Shown piece by piece: positions 51,594 through 63,599 of a stretch of 64,000 nt of DNA. The stretch comes from Callorhinchus milii (taxonomy: Eukaryota): positions 104,224,001 through 104,288,000 of the forward strand of contig NW_024704743.1 in NCBI RefSeq assembly GCF_018977255.1. The letters run 5' to 3'. The stretch's first letter is position 1. The number at the start of each line of letters is the position of its first letter. The notes under the pieces are model-generated. The model was not told where the DNA came from. It saw only the letters and a program-made list of their open reading frames with translations, and did not search any database. The position numbers and the translations under genes were made by a program.

Positions 51594-53025
51594 AAACGTA
51601 ATGCAGATCATGAATTCTGAATCAGATTAATGATTAAAAGTAGGAAGCTGATGCTGTGTTGAATGTGACGGAAGTATTTAGCAAGATGAACAATTTAGTC
51701 ATTTAAAGTATTGGTTTTATTCCTGAATGATAAGTTGTCTTGTGCCACTGTTGCAGATCTGTGAATTTGCTGGGGCAGTCACAGATTATAACTAATGTCA
51801 ATGATTCCACATGATCTAGCTGGTAAGCTGCCCCTTTCATGGTTGAAGGCCATTAAAATGTGGCACTGTGACATGATGCAGGAAAATAACAGCAACATAA
51901 AGAGTGCCAGGATTTCTGAAGTGGATCATCGCTCACTGCATTCTGCCACTCAAGAGTCCGGCAGCTGGTCCATCATGCCTGATTTCAGAGATGTCAACAT
52001 GTGCTGGTTTCCGCTGTTTCTCTCTGACTCTAAACAGCAAGTAAGTCTGTATATCTGACCTCAGGAGGGAACTAAGTGTCCAGGAAAGAGGAGAAAAGAA
52101 AAAGGAAACAAGGAACTATATTGTGAGAAATAAGTAAAAAAGAAGCATCGGGATTTGTATATACTATGTTTGTCTTTGATTCAGTATCAGGAGTGACTAG
52201 TAACACAGTCAATTTATATGCCCAACAATTTGCTAATCTGGATCTTCCATATTGGAGCGAACGGACGTTTTATCCAATTCTTATTCAACGGGAAAATAGC
52301 AAGGCAATACTGCGACCAGAAATAGCTAAAATTGGAAATTTTTAGATTATTCCAAGAAGTCCCTCAAGGATTGTATGAATCAGAATATGTCAGATCAACT
52401 TTGGATGTTGGTATCAAGGCATCGCATACAAGTTGTTGTATTGAAAAATGGAGGATTTACATTGCATTGATGGACATCATCATTCAAGGATACAAGATCT
52501 TCAGATAGTGAAAAGTTGTCATGCTGGTTGGATGTGAATGTTCTTCTGTGAGCCTGCAGAAATGGCAAAGCTTCATATTTCTGACTTTGTTTCAGCAGTT
52601 TAGTGCTTTTTGATCAGTAAAACCCAGGAACCTACCACTAGCAGTCAAAAACTGTGATCCAGAAGCCCAATGATAACTTCTCTAACTTTACCAATGAGAA
52701 TGATGTTGAGGTGACATTCTTACATTGGATGTAATCATTGGATAACAATCATTGCGTGGATCATACTTTCAATCAAGGATTTCTGTTCTGCAAAAGAGCT
52801 CAGACAGAGGGTTAATAGGGTTAAACTCTTCTGCTTTTGTTTTGTTTCATTATTAATCATTTTTGTTTAATTCTATCAACCTGATGATCGAAAGCACAAA
52901 TCTGATTCAGAGAAACATGAAGTCACTGATCAGAGCAGGTAGTTCAAAAATAAGAGACCATTTCCCTTGTATATTTCCTGCTGGGAACAGCATGTGTGTG
53001 GAGTGGATGGGTGGGGGGGCAACAT

Positions 53026-53069
53026 AATTCAAACAGAGGCCACACCAAATTCAAACAGAGGCCACACCA
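53026..53069 (+). repeat. 22-bp perfect tandem duplication
   Basis: aattcaaacagaggccacacca x2. Confidence 0.9.
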
Positions 53070-53399
53070 AATTTGGTGTTACAGTCTTTAATACAGTCTC
53101 AAACTCAGGAGAAATTCAATATTTTGTATTTAAAACTCGACACATTAAATGTTTTCACTGACAACTAGCAAGGCAGTACAAAAAGTGTCCCAGATAATTT
53201 AAAAAAGGGCCAGGTGGAAACTCTATGACTAGTTCATCAGGTGGTAGTAACTCCACATATGTAGATCTTTCTAAACAGAAAATACAAACAGGGCAGTCGT
53301 TTGGGTCACAAATCTAAGATGCCACATTAAAACATAGCATGAAAATTGCCTGACTTCCAGATCTGCTAACTTCATTTCCTTTGTGAAGGAAGCATTGGA

Positions 53400-53530
53400 A
53401 GCACTTCCTGCATATAGCACACATGAACAAAGCAGGAAGTGGTGTTGGCAGTGACCTTACGACCTAAACATGATCATTTTTAAGTCAATTGGTCCACACA
53501 GGAAAACAGAAGTGTATGGCACTTCCTGTA
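53400..53530. promoter_or_regulatory. Candidate enhancer: ETS cluster plus DR2-like element
   Basis: CACTTCCTG at 53402, CAGGAAGTG at 53433, CACTTCCTG at 53520; TGACCTtaCGACCT at 53452-53465. Confidence 0.3.
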
Positions 53531-53629
53531 ATTGAGGATCCACAGGGTACCCACATTAAAAGTGAACCCATGCTCTGGTAAGAAGTTTAATAATAGGTTT
53601 GTTCTGTGTATATAAAAAAAATTCCTTCA

Positions 53630-53930
53630 TTGGCCTCCAAATTCATCCAGTGAATGGACTGAGATGATGCCAGGTTTGATTTCCATGTTTGTAATTGATT
53701 GACTGCTCAGAGCTGAGTGTTACAATTAACTTTACCATCTGGGTTAGAGAGGGGAAGAAAGCAGTCCTTACGATGATCCAACAATCCCTTGTGGCATGTC
53801 GGTGCTAATAGAAAACTGGATCTAATTCAACAGTGATGATATTCAACACTCCAACAGGAATCATAGTCACTCTTGGGTGAGCTACCAGAGGGCACCCAGC
53901 CATCCAAAACTGTGAGGGAGGCAGGGAGAA
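53630..53930 (+). mobile_element. AmnSINE2-like element, degenerate
   Basis: ccaggtttgatt..ttacaatt..tgggttagagagggga..cttgggtgagctaccagagggcaccc. Confidence 0.45.
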
Positions 53931-54684
53931 AAAGAGACACTGATAATCACTTTAATGCCATTACATTTCTAAATAGCCTGTCGTAGATGATGAAATAAGC
54001 AAACATTATTTTACGCTTATTAAACTATAACAATTTCACAGTTTATGCGCTGTTTCATTGCATTATGCTGCTCGCAATTGCGTGAAAGAGTTCTCTGACC
54101 TCTTTGATGTTTGATGAAAACAAAGCACTGGTAGGCTTCCCATTACCATAACTCTTTATTTTATAAAGCCTAAAGTCACGAGGCACATCACTGTTAACAT
54201 GTTGTGTCGACACAGGACTATGCATTATGACTTTTGGGTGAATGGCATTTGGTGCACTTGAGTGTGTCTTGCTGTATTCTGTTGGAGCTTCAGGCATCTC
54301 TGAGTGCATTTTGTCACATTCTGTGCTTGTGTAAAGCCAATACATCAATGTCTTCTATGTTGACATTGTTTTGTGATGAACTGGTTCAGATCCAAATGCT
54401 ATATTTGATAAGGTAAGCAAATGCAAGACAATACTTTTAGGTATCACAAGACAGCAGAACAATAGAGCATAGGTTCAGGATTGTGAAGTGCAATTTTAGG
54501 ACAAACAATATCATCCAATCCTGAAAGAAAGATCCTCATCCGTTCCCCCCAGGTAGTCTCATACAAATCAAACCTGTTCAGGTTACAAGGTAATATTTCT
54601 TTACACAGACGATGATAAACAGTTTGGTGTCAGCTGGTTATCAGGAAGAATGGTAGAGACCAGATCCAGATGGTCTGTTCTGTA

Positions 54685-54900
54685 ATAGTAATAATCCTTA
54701 CCTTTGCTATATTGCCTTTCATGTCAGGAGGACATCCCAAAGTGCTTCACAGGAAAGACTGTAAAGTGCGATAACGTGTTTTGTGGGCAAATATGGTAGC
54801 CATGTTGCAAACAGCAATGTACCACAAACAGCCATGATGTGAATGACCAATTTCTATTTGGTGGGATTGCTTTACTGCAATGTGAAGCTGTCAGGGAGAA
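54685..54900 (-). mobile_element. Deu-type SINE 3' part
   Basis: Tail with caggaggacatcccaaagtgct. Confidence 0.65.
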
Positions 54901-54992
54901 TTTTAGGAAGATGAGATTAACTAGGCAAAGAGTCTTTTTTATCCGTACCTCCCTTGTGATAATGGACCCTGTCCGAATGATATTTATTCTTT

Positions 54993-55308
54993 ATAATAAT
55001 AATAATCCTTGCATTTGATATAGCGCTTTTCACGTGGGGAGGACGTCCCAAAGCGCTCCACAGAACACACTGTAATGTGAATTGACTGTATATTTGTGGG
55101 CGAACGCGGCAGCCAATTGCGCACAGCAATGTCCCACAAACAGTCATAGATTGAATATGACCAATTTTATTGTTGTTTTTGGTTTTGGAGGGATTATTAT
55201 TAGGCATGTGGAGTAAGGAAACTTGCCCAAGGTTTCGCCCTGCCTGGAATTGAACTCAGGTCTCTCGCTTGCAAAGCGAGTGCTCTGACCACTGAGCTAC
55301 AGGACTCC
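54993..55308 (-). mobile_element. Young full-length tRNA-SINE
   Basis: Near-identical to the 42111 and 27671 copies. Confidence 0.95.
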
Positions 55309-55597
55309 ATGTTTCTCTTTTTAAACTTTGTATTGGTGTTTTGCTTTGCCTCTACAGATCTCAAGGTCTACACTGAGCTCAGTCCAGGACCTGGAAACAA
55401 AATTGTCTGCCCCCCTTTCCCCCAATGAAGGACAGTGGCACTGTATTAGTCTCCTCAAAGTGCAACTTCACTGAGAAACATTCCAGGGAACTGAATGGGT
55501 TTCATTTTTATGAGAGTGCTTGTAGGGGTAAGGCGATGAATATCCTTCTTTTAGATCTGGATGATATTGAAGCTCCTCCTGCAGACGTGGCAGGGTA

Positions 55598-55932
55598 ATA
55601 AAAATAATAATAATAATCCTTGCGTTTCATATAGCACTTTATCGTATCTTCGAGATGTCTCAAAGCGCTTCACAGAATATATGGTAAAGTGAATTGACTG
55701 TACATTTTATAAGCGAAACTCGGCAGCCAATTGCGCACAGCAGTGTCCCACAAACAGTTGTGGATTGCGTGGCCAAATTATTATTATTTTTTATTTTACA
55801 TTTTTTTTAAGGGATTATAACCCCTGGAAAAGCAATCTGCCAATCGACTAACAACCAGCTTCCTACTTACTGCTGGGTAAACAGAGGCGTGTGGAGTAAT
55901 TTAACTTGCCCAACGTTTCATCCTGCTGGGAA
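55598..55932 (-). mobile_element. tRNA-SINE (long subfamily, head truncated)
   Basis: Tail plus ctacttactgctgggtaaacagaggcgtgtggag. Confidence 0.88.
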
Positions 55933-56224
55933 ACTGTGGAAAGGGGTAGGTAAAAGAAGCTGCTGACAGTTGCTCAGCAACAGTGTACAAATAATGGCAA
56001 TATTGACCTGTGATCAGCCCAGATGCATCACCAACACTGGAACAGTGGTAGCACCATGACTGTGGCCTTGGGAGGAGGGTGTGGAGAATTGCATGGATAA
56101 AAGTGTGCTTTTTTAAAATAAAACTTTAAGTAAAACTTGAAATCCAATACTGCGCGTTCTGAAGGTAAAGTTTTCTGCACCAACTAGAATCTTACAAATT
56201 TAATGTGTAACATGCTGAAAGGTG

Positions 56225-56700
56225 AGTTTCAGGCTGGTTCAGTTAGTAGCAAACCCGTGTCTGAGTTGTGGGGATGAACCCCCATATGAAGACTTTGGGC
56301 TTATATTCCAGGCTGATATTAGGTGCAGTACAATACAATAATAAAATAACATTTTTAGAGCACCTTTCACATGGGGAGGACGTCCCAAAGTGCTGGACAG
56401 TCAGGGATTTGGGCTTGGGGGAGTGTTGCGTTATCAGTGTTGCATTATTGCATTGTCGTCCAAGATCCTGTCTGTTTAGACGTTAAAGATCGCATGGCAC
56501 TATATAAAAAGAGAAGGGAGTTTCTACCCCAGATAAAATTGAACATTCACTTCAGGGCTGTTTGTGTGATATTCCTGTGCGCACTTTAGTCCAATTTGCA
56601 CGTTTGCCTACAAATATACGGTCATTACACTTTAAAATAAATCCCATTTAACGCTTGAGACACTTCAACAGCATGATAATGCGCTATTTGAAATGCCAGG
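56225..56700 (+). mobile_element. Deu-domain SINE with a nested minus-strand L2 tail (56332-56410)
   Basis: Head, gacgttaaagatcgcatggcactat core and tail. Confidence 0.65.
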
Positions 56701-56989
56701 ATCACATTAAAAAACTTGTTTGGGATTCGCATTTCATGCAAATTCACACATCAGCAGCAATCACTCTCCCTATCAGATTCCCCTCACAATGATCGGGCAA
56801 TTTTATACATAGGAAAGCAGTAAGATGGGCACACACTACAAATCCAGCTTTCTCAGTTGGGCTTACAAGCAACGATCCGGTAGGCCCTTAACTTGCAATA
56901 CCTTTATAAGAGAAAATGGAAAAAAGAGAAAGTCTCTTAGGATTCACAAACAATGGATGTGCTGTTTAATTGATCTGCCCTGCACAACG

Positions 56990-57210
56990 TAAACGTAGAT
57001 ACCGCAAGTCAATGCTATTTGACTTTGTGAGAGATGCTAAAAGCAGATCTAGAGCATCACACAGCTGGAAATGATACTCGTTCAGTGCCAGTAAAAGTGA
57101 TTGCGACGTTTGGTATTTATGCCACTGGTACCTTTTTGTCCCCAGCTGGAAATATCATGACAACCATTCCATCAACAATGCCCAGAATTAGGTCTAAATT
57201 AACAGTTTGA
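56990..57210 (+). pseudogene. PIF/Harbinger transposase N-terminal fossil
   Basis: RRYR..(frameshift) EMLKADLEHHTAGNDTRSVPVKVIATFGIYATGTFLSPAGNIMTTIPSTMPRIRSKLT (57031-57207). This matches the Harbinger/HARBI1 HTH pattern L..FYATG.F...GD...S..SR. Confidence 0.6.
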
Positions 57211-57349
57211 CAGTGACAGATGTCTGCTAGTGGATTATCCACAGGAGGAGGCAGAGAAAAGCATGTGCCTGATGAGAATGTCCCAGATGCCTTGAGTGCA
57301 AAGATTTATGTTTTTATTACATCTGCACAGCCAGTAAGTCTTGTTACTG

Positions 57350-58932
57350 AAACCAACCACCCTCTCCTTACCTCCCAGCTCCACCCCCTTGCCCCTCTAC
57401 TCGCAGACATCATCAACCTCTCCCTGTCCGTTTGCACTGTTCCCACCCCTTTAAAAACGGCCATCATCACTCCTATCCTTAAAAATCCCTTCCTGGACCC
57501 ATCCCTGCTCACAAACTACCCCCACATCTCCAAACTTCCTTTTCTTTCCAAGGTCCTGGAATAAGTCGTTGCTTCCCAGCTTCACTCCATCCTCTCCCGC
57601 CACTCCCTTCGTGAACCCCGCCAATCAGGTTTTCTTGCCGCCCACAGCACAGAAACTGATTTGGTCAAAGTGACAAATGACATTTGTCCATCTGCGACCA
57701 GGGCTCCCTCTGCCTCCCCGTCCGACTTAAGCTCTCTGCTGCCTTCGTTACCTTTGACCTATCCTCATCCACCACCTCTCCTCTCTCTTCAAACTTTGTG
57801 GTTCTGTGCTTAAAGGGTTCAGAACCTACCTCTTACACTGCCTCCATTTCATCTCCACAAACGGCTTTTTCTCTAAGCCCCATCACCATCAGAGTTCCTC
57901 AGGGCTCTGTCCTTGGTCCCCTTCCTTTCAATATCTGTATGCTGCCTCTTGGTGACATCATCCACAGACATGGGGTCAATTTACACATGTATGTGGATGA
58001 CACCTAATTCTATCTCTCTGCTTTCACCCTCGACTCCAGGACCATTGCTGTTCTGACGGAATGTCTGTCAGACATCAAGACCTGGATAAGAGCTAACTTT
58101 CTACAGTTGAAGATCAACAAGACTGAGGCTCTCCTGATTGGCTCCCATCAGAGCCTCCACACCTCAGGTGCTGATAACATCACCATCCAAGGATGCACAC
58201 TCCACCTTACTAAGCCAGTCTGGAATCTTGGTGTCTTGTTTGACACTCAGCTGTCCTTTCTACCCTACATCCGTGCCAGGATCTTCTCTGCCACCCCTCA
58301 CCTCCACAACATTACCTGGCTCCACCAATGTCTCACACCGCAGGCTGCGAAACCCTCATACACTAATTCATAACATCCAGGCTTGACTACGCAAACTCCC
58401 TGCTTATCGGCCTCCCCAACTCCTCCCTGCATAGATTGCATACCATCCAGAAGTCTGTAGCCTGTGTCCTCTCTTGCACCAAGCTCTGTGACTGTATCAC
58501 TTCCATCCTCGCCTGATTCCACTGGCTTCCCATCACACAGAGGATACAGTTCAAGATCCGGTCCCCACCTTCAAAGCTCTCCATGGCCTTTCTCCCCCTG
58601 ACTCTGCAACATCCTAAACCCCTATCAACCTGCCCGTTTCCTCCACTCCGCGGGCTCTGACCTGCTTCACGTCCCCCACCTCGCCTGCCCCACCATTGGC
58701 TGGCGGGCCTTCTGCCACTCTGTCCCCACCTCCACCCTCGCTCTCTCCCTTGCCTCCTTTGAGACCCGTCTCAAGACCCTCCTCATCTACCGTGTCTTCG
58801 GTCACCGTCCTTTCCCCCCTGCCCTCCACTCTCCGGAATCACGAACTCCAGCTCGTCAAACTCTGATTGTCCAGTTCCTTGGGACATCCTCCCGACGTGA
58901 AAGGTGCTATGCAAATGTAATTTTGTTGCTGT
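57350..58932 (+). mobile_element. L2 LINE fragment (degenerate RT plus 3' end)
   Basis: [42 protein letters not shown] and tail. Confidence 0.93.
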
Positions 58933-59137
58933 TTTAAGTCACTCTCAGTCAAACTGCTATTTTCCAACTTTTGAAACTAGGAGTTGAAAATTGCAAGTGT
59001 GATGTGATATCATATGACTCAAAACATGAGGTGGTACAGAGCAATAATTATTGGCTGTCCTCTGGTACAACTTCCCCTTTGCTCCTGCTCCCCTTTAATA
59101 GACAGTTTGAAGCTTTCTTCACTGGAGACAAGATGAT

Positions 59138-59402
59138 TGAGAGGAGGCCTGATTGAAGTGTTTAAAATTATGAAAGCATTCAGTAAGGTGGATGTTAAAA
59201 GGCTGTTTCCACTTGTAGGTGAGTCCAAAAAAAACCAAAAAGCATCAGAGAAATTTAATGCATACATGAGGGAAAAGGGAATAGAGAAGTATGGAAGATG
59301 GGATTCGAGGGGTGAAGACTCATGTGGAGTATAAACACCGCACAGACTATTTGGGCTGAATGCCTTGTTTCTGGGTTATGTTCTATGTAACTCTATGTAA
59401 TT
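59138..59402 (+). mobile_element. CR1 3' fragment with internal deletion
   Basis: RGGLIEVFKIMK..LFPLVGES and (CTATGTAA) tail. Confidence 0.8.
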
Positions 59403-60446
59403 CAGTGTTGCAAATGCTCACTGAGATGCTATCAGCATGTGCACTTGCATTGATTAAGTAGTTGTTAAAATGGTACATTTAAATCATTTCAACTAATCTG
59501 AGGGCAGTGACTTCATTTACTATTGAAGTAAGTTACAATGCAACAGATCGGAAAATTGCATTTTTTCAATTCAATGCTATCTGCTTACAGGTTGCTGCTT
59601 AAACTACCTTATGATCCATAATAGAAAAATTGACTCTGAAGATGTGTCCTTTACTATTATTTCTACTACTTTAATGTTCAAAGCATCAGATATGACTAGC
59701 AGAAGACCTGCAATATGTAAGCTTCAGGAAATGAGAAACCCCTGCAGGGAATATCCCTTAGATTGGGGCTGTACGAAAAGGCTTTATCCTCTGCTCTAAT
59801 ACAGCACTCACCATAATGAACATACAAAACTGTATGAAATATTTTTTGAATAAAGCAAATACAATCTCTAAAATGTAGCCACTGTGTTCACATTATAAAT
59901 ATAGCTACAGCATCGTGCTAAAACCTATTTGTTTCCATTGTCATTTTGATCTCCGCACAATCCATAATTCTTAATGGAGTTGAACTTCAGATGAATCCTC
60001 AAAACTAGAACAGCCTACTAATCATTATAATTTAAAATCCATAGATTCAGTTTTGATATGCCGCTAAAAATGCTTCGTGCTCAGAATACGAAGCCCATTT
60101 AATTTATTAAAACGCTCTTATTGCAAATGTCTTACACAGTCAATTTATTTTAAATTCTGTCCTTTAAACAGGATTGTGTATTTCTTCTTTATCAGCCAGT
60201 CAAAAGCATTTCAGATATGATTTTCTGCTTGATATCAATCATGAGAGTATCATAAATGTGCTTCGTAATTTAAATAATTGAACATTTCATTATTCAGAAG
60301 TTTCATTTTCTCAATTGATTGAATCAAACTTTCTTCCTTATATTCCTGAAAGCATGGACTCTTCCTGGGTTATACCCCATTTGAAACTAGCCATCTCGCA
60401 AAAGGCAAGAAAAGTGCATGTGAGTTCCCTTGTTTATATAAGATAT

Positions 60447-60632
60447 AATAATAATAATAAACCTTGCATTTGATATAACACCTTATCATGTCTTTGGGAC
60501 ATCTCAAAGTGCTTCACAGAATATATTGTACAATGAATTGACTGTATATTTGTGGGTGAAACTCGGCAGCCAATTGTGCACAGCAGTGTCCCACAAACAG
60601 TTGTGGATTGAAGTGACCAATTTAATATTATT
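60447..60632 (-). mobile_element. tRNA-SINE 3' half
   Basis: Tail match. Confidence 0.85.
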
Positions 60633-60719
60633 ACAGTATGGAGTTTATTCCACTGTCCTGCACCCCTCCCCCTTCCCCCCACCCCTCTCATCCTAAAAAA
60701 ATGATGGGGATATCAGGAA

Positions 60720-61100
60720 AATTCTGGGCATGTCCCTGGCTGAAGGCATTTACATTCGCTTGGATATGGGACACTGGCATATTGGGGCTGGCATATTCTG
60801 ATGATCTGTAGCTTATTCCAATGATCATTAAACTGGGTCACCGAGTGTTGACAGGCAATGTCACCATAGAGAACATCACAATAACAAACATCACAACTGG
60901 GGCCAAACCAACCGTCCCACTGACAGACACTCACACACTCACACATATTTTCCAACAGAGTTCCCCATTCAGGAACTAGGAACTCTTGCTGAATTTTCCC
61001 CTCCCTAGCCTAGGGACACTGAGACTCATTGTAATGTCCCTATTACTACAGTGACTGACATTAGCTAACTGAGTGCAGATAATTTTGAACCCAGGTCCTG
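60720..61100 (-). mobile_element. AmnSINE2-like element
   Basis: aattttcccctccctagcctagggacactgag..attgta..attagctaact. Confidence 0.5.
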
Positions 61101-61879
61101 TCTGATCAGGGCGAAACATTTCCCATATTTCCTTTTATACAATCTTTCACAGTTTATTTATCCAAATAGCCAAAAGGAAAGTATAAACAGAAGTATGTGA
61201 TGCTGTCTAAATAGGGACAACCACTTTCCACTTAAATCCATTTCCAACTGATCTTTCTGATTACTACTGTGAAATCTCTTGGTTCCACCAGTATAAACTG
61301 GCATAAAAAAAAGTCTCTAGCTAAATACATAACGGATGATGGATGTAGGATAAAGACCTGATGAATCTTTTGATAGATTTACAAAGGATATGGGAAACAT
61401 TGCAAAGAATGAGAAAATACGAGTTGTGCTGAATAAATTCAAATGAAGACGGTAGAGAAATTCAAGGATGCAGTGATTTTTTTTGCTCAGAAATCTATAA
61501 CTTGTGTAGGTAGCATTAAGTCATATTTACGAAGAACACAAAGGAATAAAATGGGTGCAGGGATAATGGACAGATTACACAGTGATAAATAGGAAAGGCT
61601 CAGGTTAATGGTTTTAAGAACTCCAAGTGCAATCACAGTATTTGTGAAATGAATCATTCTGAATGATGTTGTATGTGGTTCAAAAAGGTGAAGCATGAAT
61701 CCAGGAATTATAATCAAATATGCTTGATCTGATACAAGAAAAGTGTTGTATGATTGTAGAGAATGTGGTCAGTGTTTATTTGTAAGGATTGTTGTTGTTT
61801 GAAGATCAGAGTGGGCAGAGGGAACAGCATGGATAATTGAGTAACTGATTATTGATTCATAGATCTATTGGAATTATCT

Positions 61880-62050
61880 GAGGAAGAAACTTTATTGATT
61901 GATCAGGTCAATCTAGTGGATTTAATCTTTTTAGAATTTCTGAAGGCAGTCGCTTGGTTAAATTCATGGTAAATTACTATACTGGTTTAAAAACTGACTT
62001 TTCAATGGACAATAGAAAGAGTTGATAAATAGAAATAAATGAGGGCATTC
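61880..62050 (+). mobile_element. Very old CR1 RT fragment
   Basis: VDLIFLEFLKA..WFKN-like remnant. Confidence 0.4.
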
Positions 62051-62275
62051 TTTTGATTATGTACATGTTATGCTTCAAGCCTGGTTCAGTTGACAGTACT
62101 CTTGCTCTTGATTCGGAAAGCTATAATGTTAAACTCATAGTCCAGTTTAGGGCAGAAACCAATGGGGTTATTTGGAATCATTGTAGATCCCGTCTAATTC
62201 ATAAGTAAAAAGGAGGAGGGTATGTCTTCTCGTGTTCTAAAACTTTCTCAAGATTCAAAGGCCACGTGAGAGAAG

Positions 62276-62440
62276 TATAAGAGACTGATATAAAACAGAC
62301 TAATATAAGGCAGACCGATATAAGACAGATTGATATAAGGCAGACTGATATAAAAGAGAATGCTAGTAAGAGAGATGAATAATAAAAAAGATTGATATAA
62401 GAGACTGACATAAGAGAGATTGATGATAAGAGAGATTGGT
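62276..62440. repeat. ~15-bp minisatellite (cagactgatataagg-like units)
   Basis: About 11 degenerate tandem units. Confidence 0.85.
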
Positions 62441-62477
62441 AGCAGCAGTTTTGGACTAATCATAGTTAATGGAAACG

Positions 62478-62938
62478 GCAACAACAACAACAAGATTGCA
62501 TTTATACAACAACAACAAGATTCCATTTATTGAGTGCCTTTCACGTCGGGAGGACGTCCCAAGGCGCTGTACAGTTAGGTCAGGACCCGAGCAGGGGGGA
62601 AATGGTCAGGGTGAGGGAAGGGAGGGAGCGAGGAGGGGGTAGAGAGTCAAGAGGGGAGCTGAAGGCACGGTCGAAGAGAAAGGTCTTCAGACCGGCCTTG
62701 AAGGAGGAAAGGGAGGAAGCAAGATGAAGGCACTGGGGGATAGAGTTCCAGAGCCTAGGGGCTGAGAGGCTGAAGGCCCGGCCACCGATGTTAGGGCGGG
62801 GGATGTGGAGCAGACCGGAGCCAGAGGAACGGAGGGTACAGGCAGGTACGTGGGGGGATAGTAGGTCGGAGACTTAGGAGGGTGCAAGGCCGTGAATGGC
62901 CTTGTAGGTAAGGATGAGGATGAGGATCTTGAATTCAA
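62478..62938 (-). mobile_element. Young L2 3' fragment with a doubled terminal tail
   Basis: [20 protein letters not shown]; 3'UTR matches the 25740 copy. Confidence 0.93.
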
Positions 62939-63019
62939 GCAAGTTTGATCCTGATACATAATTGATGCTTGAAGTCGATACTAATAATAATAACATCAAC
63001 AAGAAGACCAAGCTATTAC

Positions 63020-63585
63020 CACTTGTATTTATACAATGTAGAAATAACAATGTAACTAAACATATTAATTTGACAATTTGTAAACACTTTGATATTAATG
63101 TAAAGACCACCTGGTATGAACATCAACCAGCAAAATTGACATTGAAAAATAACATCATAATAATCTGGGACTCACAAGTACAAACAGATAAAACAGCAAT
63201 CTATAGCAAACCAGATATTATCATAAAAAAAGATGATGCATGTAATATTATAGATCTGGCTATCCCAAGTGATTATAACATAAGAAATAAGGAGCTAGAG
63301 AAGATCAGGAAATATATCGATCTACAATTGAATGCGGATGAATGTGGCTATATAAAACAAATATAGGTCCTATAATCATCAGTGCAACTGGGATGTTAAT
63401 AAAACTATTCAGAAATGGCTTGACAAAATACCTGGTGAACAAATATATCAATCTCCTACAGAAAGTAGCTATTTTAGGAAGTTCAAACACACTAAGATCC
63501 ATTCATATATAAAGTCCCAGTGTTATAGGTCTGGCTGACCCATCACAGAAAGCCACTTAGAAACTATCTCTATGGAGTGATTTGA
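63020..63585 (+). mobile_element. R4/Dong-clade RLE retrotransposon 3' fossil
   Basis: ORF 62962-63366: WYEHQP..IIWDSQVQTDK..KPDII..IIDLAIPSDYNI..KE.EKI.KY.DL (PD-(D/E)xK-like RLE), then LQKVAILGSS. Confidence 0.85.
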
Positions 63586-63599
63586 ATTTTTACAACATC

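Noticed and set aside
54055..54348. 97-aa minus-strand ORF as an exon
   Set aside because: It has no recognisable domain or convincing splice sites.
62276..62440. CRISPR-like array
   Set aside because: The tandem units have no unique spacers, the context is eukaryotic and there are no cas genes.
62199..62526. Hydrophobic repetitive ORFs
   Set aside because: They are products of the 15-bp minisatellite and the L2 tail.
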